Positions 29,826 to 39,255 of a stretch of DNA of 64,000 nt are shown here, in pieces. The notes below the pieces were generated by a model that had not been told where the DNA came from, ran no database searches, and saw only the letters and a list, made by a program, of their open reading frames with translations. The stretch spans positions 15,312 through 79,311 of the forward strand of contig JBBTYN010000002.1 of assembly GCA_038061755.1 (NCBI GenBank), in the 5' to 3' direction. The position numbers and the translations under genes were made by a program. Position 1 is the first letter of the stretch, and each line of letters begins with the position of its first letter. This stretch comes from Patescibacteria group bacterium (lineage in GTDB: Bacteria > Patescibacteriota > Minisyncoccia > Phycocordibacterales > UBA9973).

Positions 29826-30380
29826 ATGAAAAAATTTGAAGAAATAAAATTTAATATAGGAGAATTAAAAGGAATTTCTACTAAAAATATTGAAGAACAT
29901 CTGAAACTTTATGCGGGTTATGTGAAAAATACTAACCTAATAATTGAAAAAGCGGAATTACAAACAAGGTTTGGTTTTGAATTTAATGGTATGCGAAACC
30001 ATGAATATTATTTCAAATCTCTAGAAGGCGGAGCAAAAAAGTTACCGGCAAACTCACAACTTAAAATAGCCATAGAAAAAGACGCACCATATTTTGATTT
30101 ATGGCTTAATAGTTTTAAAATTCTCGCCATGACTCGTGGTGTCGGCTGGGCAGTCTTAAATTATGACAAGCAAACTAAACAATTAATTCATACGTGGATA
30201 GATGAACATCATTTAGGACAACTAAATGGACTTAACTGGATTCTGGGTATTGATATGTGGGAACATGCTTTCGTTGCTGATTACCAACCAAGCGGTAAAA
30301 AACAATATGTGGAAGATTTTTTTGCAAATCTCAATTGGGAAGTGATAGAAGAAAATTTTAAAAACTCATTGAAGTCATAA
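29826..30380 (+). CDS. sod: Fe/Mn superoxide dismutase family protein
   Basis: NHEYYF, GVGW, DMWEHAF..DY. Confidence 0.85.
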   Translation: MKKFEEIKFNIGELKGISTKNIEEHLKLYAGYVKNTNLIIEKAELQTRFGFEFNGMRNHEYYFKSLEGGAKKLPANSQLKIAIEKDAPYFDLWLNSFKILAMTRGVGWAVLNYDKQTKQLIHTWIDEHHLGQLNGLNWILGIDMWEHAFVADYQPSGKKQYVEDFFANLNWEVIEENFKNSLKS

Positions 30381-31836
30381 AAAAACTTTTTATATTTCTA
30401 CCGAAAAGTCTATAAATAAAATAGGCGTAAATAATTAGTGTTAAAAAAAGTGGAAAATCAGGAAAAGTAAAAGCAGCAAATGGCAGATTAGAGAAAAAAC
30501 TTATCACCCCAAGTTCATAGTGTAAAAATAAATATGAAAGATAGCCCACAGGCACAGCTAATACATAATAAATAAGTCCAAGGAAACCAGTAATAAACCC
30601 AAGCATCATTGTAAAAGGAATAAAAGGTAAAATTAAAATATTTGCCGGCAGAGCCACAAGCGAAAAATTTCCCATTTTATAAAGAATAAATGGAAAAACA
30701 AAAATATAAGCAGCACAAGTTACTGATACTATGTCTCGTAATTCAAAAATTTTAGGCACCCACAAAAAATATTTTTCAATTCTTGGCGCGAGAAAAATCA
30801 CCGCAACTGTCGCAAGAAATGAAAGTTGAAAAGAAACATCAAAAACGAGAAGAAAAGGATTAAGGATTATCATAAATACACCAGCCAACAATAACGCTCG
30901 CGCAACATCATAATCTCTTCCTGTTGCCCGAGCTACGAGAGCAAGTATCGCCATTATTCCCGCTCGAATAGCAGTTGAACTCCCACCAGTCATTATGATA
31001 AATAAAAATATTGCTAAAATTCCCATTCCAATACCGAAATTTTTAGGAAGAAAGCCAAACAATTTCATAATCCATTCAGCGACAATCGTCACGTTATATC
31101 CAGAAAGAGCAACGATGTGTATCGTACCGGTGTTTATAAAACTTTGCCGTAAATCTTGACTAAAAGAAGATTTTTCACCCAAAATAAGACCGCTCATAAA
31201 TAAATTCTCAGGGGCATTAATGGCAAAATTTATTTTTTCTAAAAATTTATTTTTAACAGAAAATAGCATGCTTTGAATTAGATTACCATTCCCATGCGAA
31301 ACAATTTCAATTTTTGGATAAATCATTACATATAAAATTCCATCTTTGCGCAAATAGTTTACATAGTCAAAAACTTTACCTTGATCAGTAATAAAATTTT
31401 CTGACTTTTTTAAAATTCCCGTAAAATTGATCTCATCTCCGTATTTATAATCTGTATCTAAACCAGTAGATAAAAGAATTTCCATTTTGGTGGAAGTCTG
31501 TATTTCTACTGTTAATTGCTGACTATTTTCTTTAATACTAGGCTCATCTGTGATTTCTCCCGAAAAAATAACTTTTTGCCCCACTTGCGATTCGAAGAAA
31601 GCTGGATTTGGCACATCAACCATCTGAAATCTAAAAATCCCAAAAGAAAAAGCCAAAATAAAAATTGAAGCCAAAATTCCCCAGTTATTTTTTGAAATTA
31701 AAGTAAAAAATAAAAATAATGCACCGGCAATCACGCTAAACAAAACAACTAAATATAAATCTACCAAGACAAAAGAGCGCAAAAGCACTCCCATCAAAAA
31801 ACCAAAACAAATTATAAAAAAAACTCTATCACGCAT
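30358..31836 (-). CDS. comEC: ComEC/Rec2 competence membrane protein
   Basis: GTIHIVALSGYN, RAGIMA, SFQLSFLA. Confidence 0.92.
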   Translation of the reverse strand: MRDRVFFIICFGFLMGVLLRSFVLVDLYLVVLFSVIAGALFLFFTLISKNNWGILASIFILAFSFGIFRFQMVDVPNPAFFESQVGQKVIFSGEITDEPSIKENSQQLTVEIQTSTKMEILLSTGLDTDYKYGDEINFTGILKKSENFITDQGKVFDYVNYLRKDGILYVMIYPKIEIVSHGNGNLIQSMLFSVKNKFLEKINFAINAPENLFMSGLILGEKSSFSQDLRQSFINTGTIHIVALSGYNVTIVAEWIMKLFGFLPKNFGIGMGILAIFLFIIMTGGSSTAIRAGIMAILALVARATGRDYDVARALLLAGVFMIILNPFLLVFDVSFQLSFLATVAVIFLAPRIEKYFLWVPKIFELRDIVSVTCAAYIFVFPFILYKMGNFSLVALPANILILPFIPFTMMLGFITGFLGLIYYVLAVPVGYLSYLFLHYELGVISFFSNLPFAAFTFPDFPLFLTLIIYAYFIYRLFGRNIKSFFMTSMSF

Positions 31837-31845
31837 TTAAAATAA

Positions 31846-32337
31846 TTATTTTTTCAATTTCACTGGAACACCCTCTGTAAAACTCGTCGCTATTTCGTCC
31901 GCTCTTTCATTATATTTGTCTCCATTGTGTCCTTTCACATAAGTCCATTTTATTTTAAAATCTTGCGTAAGTTTATACAATTCTTCCCAAAGTTTGCGGT
32001 TCAAAATAGGTTTATTACCGGCATTGCGCCAATTATTTTTCTGCCAATTAAAAATCCACTCCGTAATTCCTAAAATCACATACTTAGAATCAGAAACAAT
32101 TTCCATGCTGTCAAAGGGCATCTTTGACATATTTGACATATTTAATTTTAGATATTTTAACGCCTCTATCGGCGCTGTTAATTCCATTTGATTATTTGTC
32201 GCATATCCTACCCCTCCACCAATTTCAAAAATCTTATCCATTATCATAAAAATAGCTCCCCATCCAGCCTTACCTGGATTTCCTTTCGCCGCCCCATCTG
32301 TATAAATTTTCATATATGTTTTTCTTGCATTTTTCAT
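31846..32337 (-). CDS. rnhA: Ribonuclease HI
   Basis: YTDGA.KGNPG, TNNQMEL, SDSKY, VKGH.G..YNERAD. Confidence 0.95.
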   Translation of the reverse strand: MKNARKTYMKIYTDGAAKGNPGKAGWGAIFMIMDKIFEIGGGVGYATNNQMELTAPIEALKYLKLNMSNMSKMPFDSMEIVSDSKYVILGITEWIFNWQKNNWRNAGNKPILNRKLWEELYKLTQDFKIKWTYVKGHNGDKYNERADEIATSFTEGVPVKLKK

Positions 32338-32342
32338 AATTT

Positions 32343-34073
32343 TTATAATATATTTTCTATTCTTAATCTTAGCTCTTCTCTACCTTTAAATCTAGATAAA
32401 TCAAAAGTAGCCAAAAGATTAACCATTTTCTTTTCTGTGATAGATACATCAAAAGAATCAAAATCAGAAAAAAATGAAATAGCTGTAGCCTTACCAGATA
32501 AATCAGAAAAAATAATTTCTAAATGTTCCTCAGATCCATTTTTGCCAAATTTTTTTATTTTTTCTATCTTAACGTCAGGAAAGAAGAAAATAGGCTTCAA
32601 ATTACCTAAACCAAAAGGTGCGAGCTTTTCTATCTCCTTCCAATTTTTCATATTTACAATACTCAAATTAGATTTGATATCATAATTTGCAACATCTTCT
32701 TTTTTATCTCTTTTTACTTTGTGAAAAGAAAGAGACAGCGCTTCTTCCAAAAAATGAATTTTATCATCATGCACAGTAAATCCTCCTGCAAATTCATGCC
32801 CGCCAAAATCTACAAATGATTCACTATTTTCACTCATCAGCTCCACGACAGAAATTGATCCATCGCTACGACAAGAACCCTTGATACAATCATTTTCATC
32901 TTTTGCCCACACAAAAACAGATTTTTTATATTTATCTGATATTTTTCCTGCCACCAATCCCAAAACTCCGACCTTCCATTCTGGATTACCTATCACAATC
33001 ACATCTTTCATATCTCCCCCTTCTAATTTCTTATCTATGTGTTTATTCACGTCACGCATAATACCTTTCACAATATTTTTTCTTTCATCATTTATTTTTG
33101 ATAAATGATTTACCAATATGCCTGCTTCTACCTCATCTCTCGTAGAAAGAAGTTCATAAGCCCGCATGGGGTCATCCATTCGCGAAGCAGCATTTAATCT
33201 AGGCGTTACCATAAAACAAATATCATCAACTGATAAATATTTTTGCTCAATCTTTATTTTTGCCAAAAGTTTTTGCAAGCCTGGACGAGGAGACTTCTTT
33301 AACACCTTCATCCCAAAATACGCAATAGATCTATTCTCACCAGAAAGCGGAACCATATCAGAAAGTGTTGCTAAGCCAGCCATATCCAGCATCCATTTTT
33401 CACTACCGTTCTTAATACCAAAATATTCGCCATATTTACAGATAAATCCTTGCATAAATTTAAAAACAACACCTGCCCCACAAAGCATTTTTTCTGGGTA
33501 TGATTCCACGGAATCATACGGCGTACCGTCAATTGAAACGCCGCCTGTTTTTGGATTCAAAATTGCATAAGCGCGAGGTAAATCAAAAGAGACAAGCCCA
33601 CCTTCGCTAAAGCTCTGACGAGGCACGTGATGATCAATTATTATCACATCTATACCATCCACTTCTGCTTGCGCCACTTCTGCAAATGCTGTGATTCCTA
33701 AATCAACAGTAATTAAAAGTTTAACATTAGACTTTGCAAATTGTTTAATCGCATCCATATTTAAACCATAACCCTCAGAATTCCTTTGAGGAATATATAC
33801 TTCAAAATTTTTATAATTTATCAATTTAAATAAATCAGTCAAAATAACTGCTCCCGGTATGCCATCACAATCATAGTCAGCATAAATGATTATTTTTTCT
33901 TTATTCTCTATCGCTTCATATAGCCTAACGCAAGCTTTATCCATATCCCGCATCAAAAAAGGATCATGAAAATCTCGCTCATAATCTGGATTGAGAAAAA
34001 TTTCCGCTTGTTCTATATCAACAATACCTCTTTTTTCTAAAAGTGTTCGCAGTAATTCTCCATATCTTTGCAT
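32343..34073 (-). CDS. recJ: ssDNA exonuclease RecJ
   Basis: DYDCDG, DHH, PRLNAASR, GSCRS, GGH..AGG; start MQRYG at 34073. Confidence 0.94.
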   Translation of the reverse strand: MQRYGELLRTLLEKRGIVDIEQAEIFLNPDYERDFHDPFLMRDMDKACVRLYEAIENKEKIIIYADYDCDGIPGAVILTDLFKLINYKNFEVYIPQRNSEGYGLNMDAIKQFAKSNVKLLITVDLGITAFAEVAQAEVDGIDVIIIDHHVPRQSFSEGGLVSFDLPRAYAILNPKTGGVSIDGTPYDSVESYPEKMLCGAGVVFKFMQGFICKYGEYFGIKNGSEKWMLDMAGLATLSDMVPLSGENRSIAYFGMKVLKKSPRPGLQKLLAKIKIEQKYLSVDDICFMVTPRLNAASRMDDPMRAYELLSTRDEVEAGILVNHLSKINDERKNIVKGIMRDVNKHIDKKLEGGDMKDVIVIGNPEWKVGVLGLVAGKISDKYKKSVFVWAKDENDCIKGSCRSDGSISVVELMSENSESFVDFGGHEFAGGFTVHDDKIHFLEEALSLSFHKVKRDKKEDVANYDIKSNLSIVNMKNWKEIEKLAPFGLGNLKPIFFFPDVKIEKIKKFGKNGSEEHLEIIFSDLSGKATAISFFSDFDSFDVSITEKKMVNLLATFDLSRFKGREELRLRIENIL

Positions 34074-34095
34074 AACTGAAATTTTAACATATAAT

Positions 34096-34196
34096 ATAGA
34101 AAGTTTCGCAAAATAAAGTTTTGGAATAGTCTGGCTGGGATAGGGACCCAGAGAACCGAGGACCTGAGAAAACTTTGATTTTGTGAAACTTTCTAT
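34096..34196. repeat. About 100-bp hairpin element carrying the 36-nt core shared with 1236-1271
   Basis: Arms atagaaagtttcgcaaaataaagtttt / aaaactttgattttgtgaaactttctat. Confidence 0.85.
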
Positions 34197-34587
34197 GGAA
34201 AACTGTATTTTTTGCAAAATAATAAAAGAAGAAATTCCTTGCATAAAAATTTATGAAAACAAAAACTTTTTATCCTTTTTAGATATACAGCCAGTGTCCG
34301 ATGGACATCTTTTATTGATTCCCAAAAAACACATTGTTTGGATGCAAAACGCTAACGATGAAACAATCTCAGAAATTTTTAAATTATCTAAAAAATTAAT
34401 GCTTGCTATTAAAAAAGGAATCGCGTGTGACTATGTCCAATTATCCATCGTCGGCAAAGATGTTCCACATTTTCATATTCACCTAATTCCAAGATATTTT
34501 AAAGATAGTCTGCCGATGTTCCCAACAAAAAAATACAAAGATAAAGAATCAAATGAAGCTGCCAAAAAAATTATCGGAGCATTTTGA
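34195..34587 (+). CDS. HIT family hydrolase
   Basis: CIFCKII, GHLLLIPKKH, HFHIHLIPR. Confidence 0.93.
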   Translation: MENCIFCKIIKEEIPCIKIYENKNFLSFLDIQPVSDGHLLLIPKKHIVWMQNANDETISEIFKLSKKLMLAIKKGIACDYVQLSIVGKDVPHFHIHLIPRYFKDSLPMFPTKKYKDKESNEAAKKIIGAF

Positions 34588-35608
34588 TTCCCGGCAAGGT
34601 TCCATCTACCAAAAAATCAAGCATAGCACCACCGCCAGTAGACACAAAAGAAAATTTATTTTCCATATTCATTTTATTTATTAAAGATACAGTATCTCCT
34701 CCACCAATAATACTTTCAGCTTTGGATTTCGCGACTAATTTTAATATTTTTTTAGTAGCTCCTGCTCCGCCATCTTCATATTTACCAAGCGGACCATTCC
34801 AAAGTATAAGTTTTGATTTTTTGATTAGAGCTGCCAAATTTTTTACTGTTTTTTCTCCTATATCTAAGATAGCGTCATTTTTCATTACAAAATCCGTAGG
34901 TAAAATTAATTTCCCACCACGGCGGGCAGGCTTATTTTTTAATAATTCTGCAATCTCATAATTTTTATTACTAACTAAAGACTCCCCAATCTCGTAACCT
35001 TTTGCTTTCAAAAAATCATGGGCCAAGGCTCCACCGATAAACACATAATCCGCTAATTTTAAATATTTTTTTATAAGAGGCATTTTAGTAGAAAATTTAT
35101 CCCCGCCTAAAATAAATAAAAATGGGTGTTTGGGTTTTTTGAAAGCATGAGATAAATTTTCTAATTCTTTCTTAAACTCCAAACCAGTAAAACTCGGTAA
35201 ATATTTAGGCAATCCTACTATTGATGCATGTTCTCTATGAGAAACTGAAAAAGCATCATTTACATAAATATCTCCTAAGATTGCTAACTTTTTAGCGAAA
35301 GCTCCATCATTTTTTATTTCACCAGGAAATTTTCTGATATTATCAAAAAAGATAACTCTGTTTTCAGCTATTTTTGAAATTGAAAAAAAACATCTTATCA
35401 CGGGCCCAAGGTTTGCTTTACCATCTTTACCAAGATGGGTAATTAAAATTATTTTCGCCCCTTTTTTAAGTAAAAACTTAATAGTTGGTAAAGCTTTTTT
35501 TATGCGAAAATCATCTTCCACTTTTCCATTTTTAATAGGCACATTAAAATCTACTCGCAAAAGCACCGTCTTTCCTTTTAAATTTTTTATTATTTTAATG
35601 CTTCGCAT
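34571..35608 (-). CDS. pgk: Phosphoglycerate kinase
   Basis: RVDFNVP, NDAF..SHR, WNGPLG, GGGDT, STGGGA. Confidence 0.96.
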   Translation of the reverse strand: MRSIKIIKNLKGKTVLLRVDFNVPIKNGKVEDDFRIKKALPTIKFLLKKGAKIILITHLGKDGKANLGPVIRCFFSISKIAENRVIFFDNIRKFPGEIKNDGAFAKKLAILGDIYVNDAFSVSHREHASIVGLPKYLPSFTGLEFKKELENLSHAFKKPKHPFLFILGGDKFSTKMPLIKKYLKLADYVFIGGALAHDFLKAKGYEIGESLVSNKNYEIAELLKNKPARRGGKLILPTDFVMKNDAILDIGEKTVKNLAALIKKSKLILWNGPLGKYEDGGAGATKKILKLVAKSKAESIIGGGDTVSLINKMNMENKFSFVSTGGGAMLDFLVDGTLPGIKMLR

Positions 35609-36354
35609 ATTTTTACAATTTCTACAAACTTTTTTACATTCAAACTAGCGCGGCCAGGGAGCAATCCGTCCACTCCTCCATTTTTCAAAAAATCTTCCGC
35701 GCTTTTTTCATTAACAGAACCACCATAAATAATCCTCGTGCTGGATGCATCCGAACCAAATTTATCAGAAAGAATTTTACGAATAAAAATAGTCATTTCT
35801 CTAGAATCAGCCGAAGTCGCATCTTTACGATTTACTGTACTAGAAAGCGCCCAGACTGGTTCATAAGCAATGATAATTTTTGAAATTGAATTCTTGGAGA
35901 CTCCCGCTAAACATTCTTCTATTTGTGTTTTAACTAAATTAAAATAACTATGACCCTCGTCACGAACACTTTCCCCCACGCACAGTATTGGCACAAGAAG
36001 AGCTGAAAGTGATGCTTTTATTTTTTTATTTATATCATTATTATTTTCCCCAAGAGCGCGTCTTTCAGAATGGCCCAATATCACGTATCTAACACCAATA
36101 CTAGAAAGCATAAAAGAAGATATTTCCCCAGTAAAAGCACCCACATCACCACCGAAAGCATCCTGCGCGCCAAGTTTTATTTTGCTAGTTCTAATTTTTT
36201 TTAATCTTTCTAAATAAATAAATGGAGAACAAATTACAACTTCGGTTTTCTTAACTCTAGAAACCTCTTTTGCCACACCAGAAAACAACTTTTCCGCTTC
36301 TTTTAAAGTAAGCGGATTCATTTTCCAGTTGCCGATGACAATCTTTTTAGACAT
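35590..36354 (-). CDS. tpiA: Triosephosphate isomerase
   Basis: GNWKMN, GHSERR, AYEPVW, YGGSV. Confidence 0.97.
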   Translation of the reverse strand: MSKKIVIGNWKMNPLTLKEAEKLFSGVAKEVSRVKKTEVVICSPFIYLERLKKIRTSKIKLGAQDAFGGDVGAFTGEISSFMLSSIGVRYVILGHSERRALGENNNDINKKIKASLSALLVPILCVGESVRDEGHSYFNLVKTQIEECLAGVSKNSISKIIIAYEPVWALSSTVNRKDATSADSREMTIFIRKILSDKFGSDASSTRIIYGGSVNEKSAEDFLKNGGVDGLLPGRASLNVKKFVEIVKICEALK

Positions 36355-36375
36355 GACAAAATTATAGCATTAAAA

Positions 36376-37695
36376 TTATCTAATTTCTTTCCATCTTTTT
36401 ATTTTCCATTTACCCCCGGGACCTGTTGTAAAAAGGGGTTGAGACAAGCCTATCGCATAGCTAACCTTAGCTTCATTCTGCATCGTTAGTCCATAGCCTG
36501 TGACCTCTCTAAGCGTCACATTATTTTGAAGTTGAATTTGTCCATGCGGAGCATAAAGCAATAGATTACCTGTGGCGGCATTTTGTACCTTAATAGCCAA
36601 ATTATTTCCTCCAGATTCAGCACTATTATTTCTAGACACAAGCATCACATAAGAATCAGTATTATCAGTGGATCCGAAATAATTTGAATTGTTTTGAAGA
36701 TAAATAAATCCTTTTGTGTCTCTATTCAATGGGTCATCTGCTATAATGACAACACTTTTGTTTCCTACGCTGTCATCAACTTTAATTGTAGCGCCTCCTT
36801 GCACCATAAGCTGTCCTTTTATCCAAATTGCTCCTGTTAAATTAAGAACCGCGTTATTTCCATCTACAAGCACATCACAATTTATCTTGGTGGGACCAAG
36901 CGTTACGCTAGTGGTAATATTATAAGGGCATGGAGACGAAATTGTATCTCCTGCGATAGCATCATTTTCCCATTGATCAAGTAAGTCATCTGAAATAGGC
37001 ATAATCCCATAAGGTTGATCTGCGCTGTTCGGATATTTAGTCCCTGTTACAGTAGTATCATTATCAATGTTTTGATAATAAGCATTTTGGTCAACCTTTG
37101 AATTAGTAATACTATTGGCATACATATTTACACTAGAGTGTATATTATCAATACTGCCAGAACTCCCTGCGGAAACAGCGCTGCCAGTCACAAAATTATG
37201 ATTTTTATCATCCCCGTCAATTGGTCCGTCTGAATAAATATTGCCAAAAACTCCGGAGTTATTTTTCATACGTACACCTCCAGGACCTATCTGCACAGCA
37301 AAACTAAAATTAAAACCATTAGTAGTAGTAATATCTTTTAGAACAGTCCGAAAATGACTGTTTACACTGGCTATTGAAGTAATTTCTTTTTCGTTGGCTC
37401 CGGTAACAGCAACGGTTGAGTTTGCGCTACTATTGTTAAGAGTTAGAGTTTTCGGAAAATTAATGGTGATATTATTTTTAATTCTAAAATATGCATCTTC
37501 ACTTCCCGATTCCGCTAAAAAATACGATTTTTTTGAATTTAAATTCATATTAGCATTTCTAAATTCCCGCACCGTTGGACTTACGAGTCCAGTGATTATT
37601 GCTAAAGAAATAAAAAGAAAAAATAAGACAGATATCAACATTGCCGCACCAGACTGATTATTAATTTTTCTTCTTGTTTGCTTTTTTATTTTCAT
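36376..37695 (-). CDS. PilX-like minor pilin with large C-terminal domain
   Basis: QSG|AAMLISVLFF prepilin-like site; AESGSEDA; W.E C-terminus; last gene of pil operon. Confidence 0.75.
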   Translation of the reverse strand: MKIKKQTRRKINNQSGAAMLISVLFFLFISLAIITGLVSPTVREFRNANMNLNSKKSYFLAESGSEDAYFRIKNNITINFPKTLTLNNSSANSTVAVTGANEKEITSIASVNSHFRTVLKDITTTNGFNFSFAVQIGPGGVRMKNNSGVFGNIYSDGPIDGDDKNHNFVTGSAVSAGSSGSIDNIHSSVNMYANSITNSKVDQNAYYQNIDNDTTVTGTKYPNSADQPYGIMPISDDLLDQWENDAIAGDTISSPCPYNITTSVTLGPTKINCDVLVDGNNAVLNLTGAIWIKGQLMVQGGATIKVDDSVGNKSVVIIADDPLNRDTKGFIYLQNNSNYFGSTDNTDSYVMLVSRNNSAESGGNNLAIKVQNAATGNLLLYAPHGQIQLQNNVTLREVTGYGLTMQNEAKVSYAIGLSQPLFTTGPGGKWKIKRWKEIR

Positions 37696-37702
37696 AATTT
37701 TA

Positions 37703-37734
37703 AATTCGTAATTCGTAATTCGTAATTCGTAATT
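37703..37734. repeat. (AATTCGT)4.5 tandem heptamer
   Basis: Read directly from the sequence. Confidence 0.9.
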
Positions 37735-37738
37735 GATT

Positions 37739-38299
37739 TTAATAACTGCCTCTTAAAACCACTGTGTCATAAAAATCTTGAATATTGCCTGATGGATCAT
37801 TAATGGATCTTAGAGTTAAAACTATTTTGACAGCTTTTCCTTTATTTGTATTTATTTGAGTAAAAGTAAGAGCCATAATATTAATGTTCGGGGTATTCAA
37901 GTTTCCTGTAAGCGTTCCATTTTCAAGAAGTTCAATATTGGAATCGGAAAGCAGGAACTCTACTGTTTTCGCCACTCCAGCATCATCTGTAGTTGCAAGA
38001 TTTAAATCGCTAGTACTAATTAAATTTATGCCATTTGCTTGCCTGATTTCTCGCGACATTCTTTCTATTATATTTCCACTTTGTACTAACTCAGCCTGTA
38101 TAGTAGTTTCTTTAAAAGATCTAGCCATTGTAATCATGGCATTAATCACCACTGAAGAAAGAACAGAAAAAAAAGCAATATAAAAAAGAAGTTCTAAAAC
38201 AGCATAGCCATGTTCATAAGACAGTGCTTTAGGCTCTGTCCAGACAGAACCTAAAGCACTGTCTAGTATTATTTTTTTATTTTTTTTTATCTTTATCAT
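37739..38299 (-). CDS. Minor pilin (PilW-like)
   Basis: HG|YAVLELL prepilin motif; ERMSREIRQA. Confidence 0.8.
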   Translation of the reverse strand: MIKIKKNKKIILDSALGSVWTEPKALSYEHGYAVLELLFYIAFFSVLSSVVINAMITMARSFKETTIQAELVQSGNIIERMSREIRQANGINLISTSDLNLATTDDAGVAKTVEFLLSDSNIELLENGTLTGNLNTPNINIMALTFTQINTNKGKAVKIVLTLRSINDPSGNIQDFYDTVVLRGSY

Positions 38300-38772
38300 G
38301 AAAAAATATCTATTATGTAAAATTGCAAGGTTTTAGTGATGGTCACTCCACCTTCTAGCCAGAAGACTGTTACTGTCACCAATTTTGCTTTAGGATCATC
38401 TGTGCCACTGCTCGCAATATCTTGAGTGTCATTATCGCGATTCACACCGGCGATAGTCACCCTGCGAGTAAAAATTCCCACAGTATTAGCTGTTTGAGAC
38501 AATGTCCAAGTACCGCCAGAAAATGTCGGATAATAATTTGTACTGACGGCTAAACTGGAAATATTGCTCCACGCATTATCTCGAAGTATCCGTACCGCTT
38601 CTGCTCCTTCTTCTAATAAAAATGTTGCCTGCGTTGTATGAAAAGCTTGACGAGAAACATAAATAGATTTTTGAGCAACGGCCGTCGCCGCTAGGATTGA
38701 AACAGTAATAATTGAAATAGCCACCAATATTTCGACCACCATAAACCCCGGATTTTTAATGATTTTTTTCAT
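38296..38772 (-). CDS. Minor pilin (PilV-like)
   Basis: PG|FMVVEILVA; EEGAEAVR; VTVTVFW. Confidence 0.8.
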   Translation of the reverse strand: MKKIIKNPGFMVVEILVAISIITVSILAATAVAQKSIYVSRQAFHTTQATFLLEEGAEAVRILRDNAWSNISSLAVSTNYYPTFSGGTWTLSQTANTVGIFTRRVTIAGVNRDNDTQDIASSGTDDPKAKLVTVTVFWLEGGVTITKTLQFYIIDIFS

Positions 38773-38773
38773 A

Positions 38774-39241
38774 TTAGTCTGAACTAGCAACACCTGTGGC
38801 AGAAATTGTAATAATTTTGGAATAGTTTATGGTGGAAATAGTCACAGTAGCAGTAGCACTTGGACTTCCTGAAAGACGATTGAAGAAAATTTCTCCTGAT
38901 GATCCACTCACAATACCAATAGTAACATTCGTAATACTTGCAGGAGTTACAATATCTATTATTTCATTGCCAACCGTGTCTGGTATAAAGCCTGTCCCTT
39001 TAAAAATTATAACTTTATCAGATTGGAAATGTACTCCGTAGGAAGACGAATTAAGTGATGAAAGCGTTTCTCCACGCGCTTTGTCTATGGATGACAATAT
39101 ATCAACAACTCCGCTTTTAAGCACTTGCATCTCTCTTGATTTTGAAAATTGTGGGATAACAACTGAAAAAATAACACCCAGCACAGCAACTACAATTAAT
39201 AATTCCAAAAAAGTTATCCCTCGTTTGTAATTTTTTTTCAT
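38774..39241 (-). CDS. Minor pilin (FimT/GspH-like)
   Basis: RG|ITFLELLIV. Confidence 0.85.
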   Translation of the reverse strand: MKKNYKRGITFLELLIVVAVLGVIFSVVIPQFSKSREMQVLKSGVVDILSSIDKARGETLSSLNSSSYGVHFQSDKVIIFKGTGFIPDTVGNEIIDIVTPASITNVTIGIVSGSSGEIFFNRLSGSPSATATVTISTINYSKIITISATGVASSD

Positions 39242-39255
39242 AAAATTAATTCATC

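Noticed and set aside
34074-34244. 57-aa N-terminal extension of RecJ in the ORF track
   Set aside because: It is read-through of the hairpin element and overlaps hit; an extended -10 supports the ATG at 34073.
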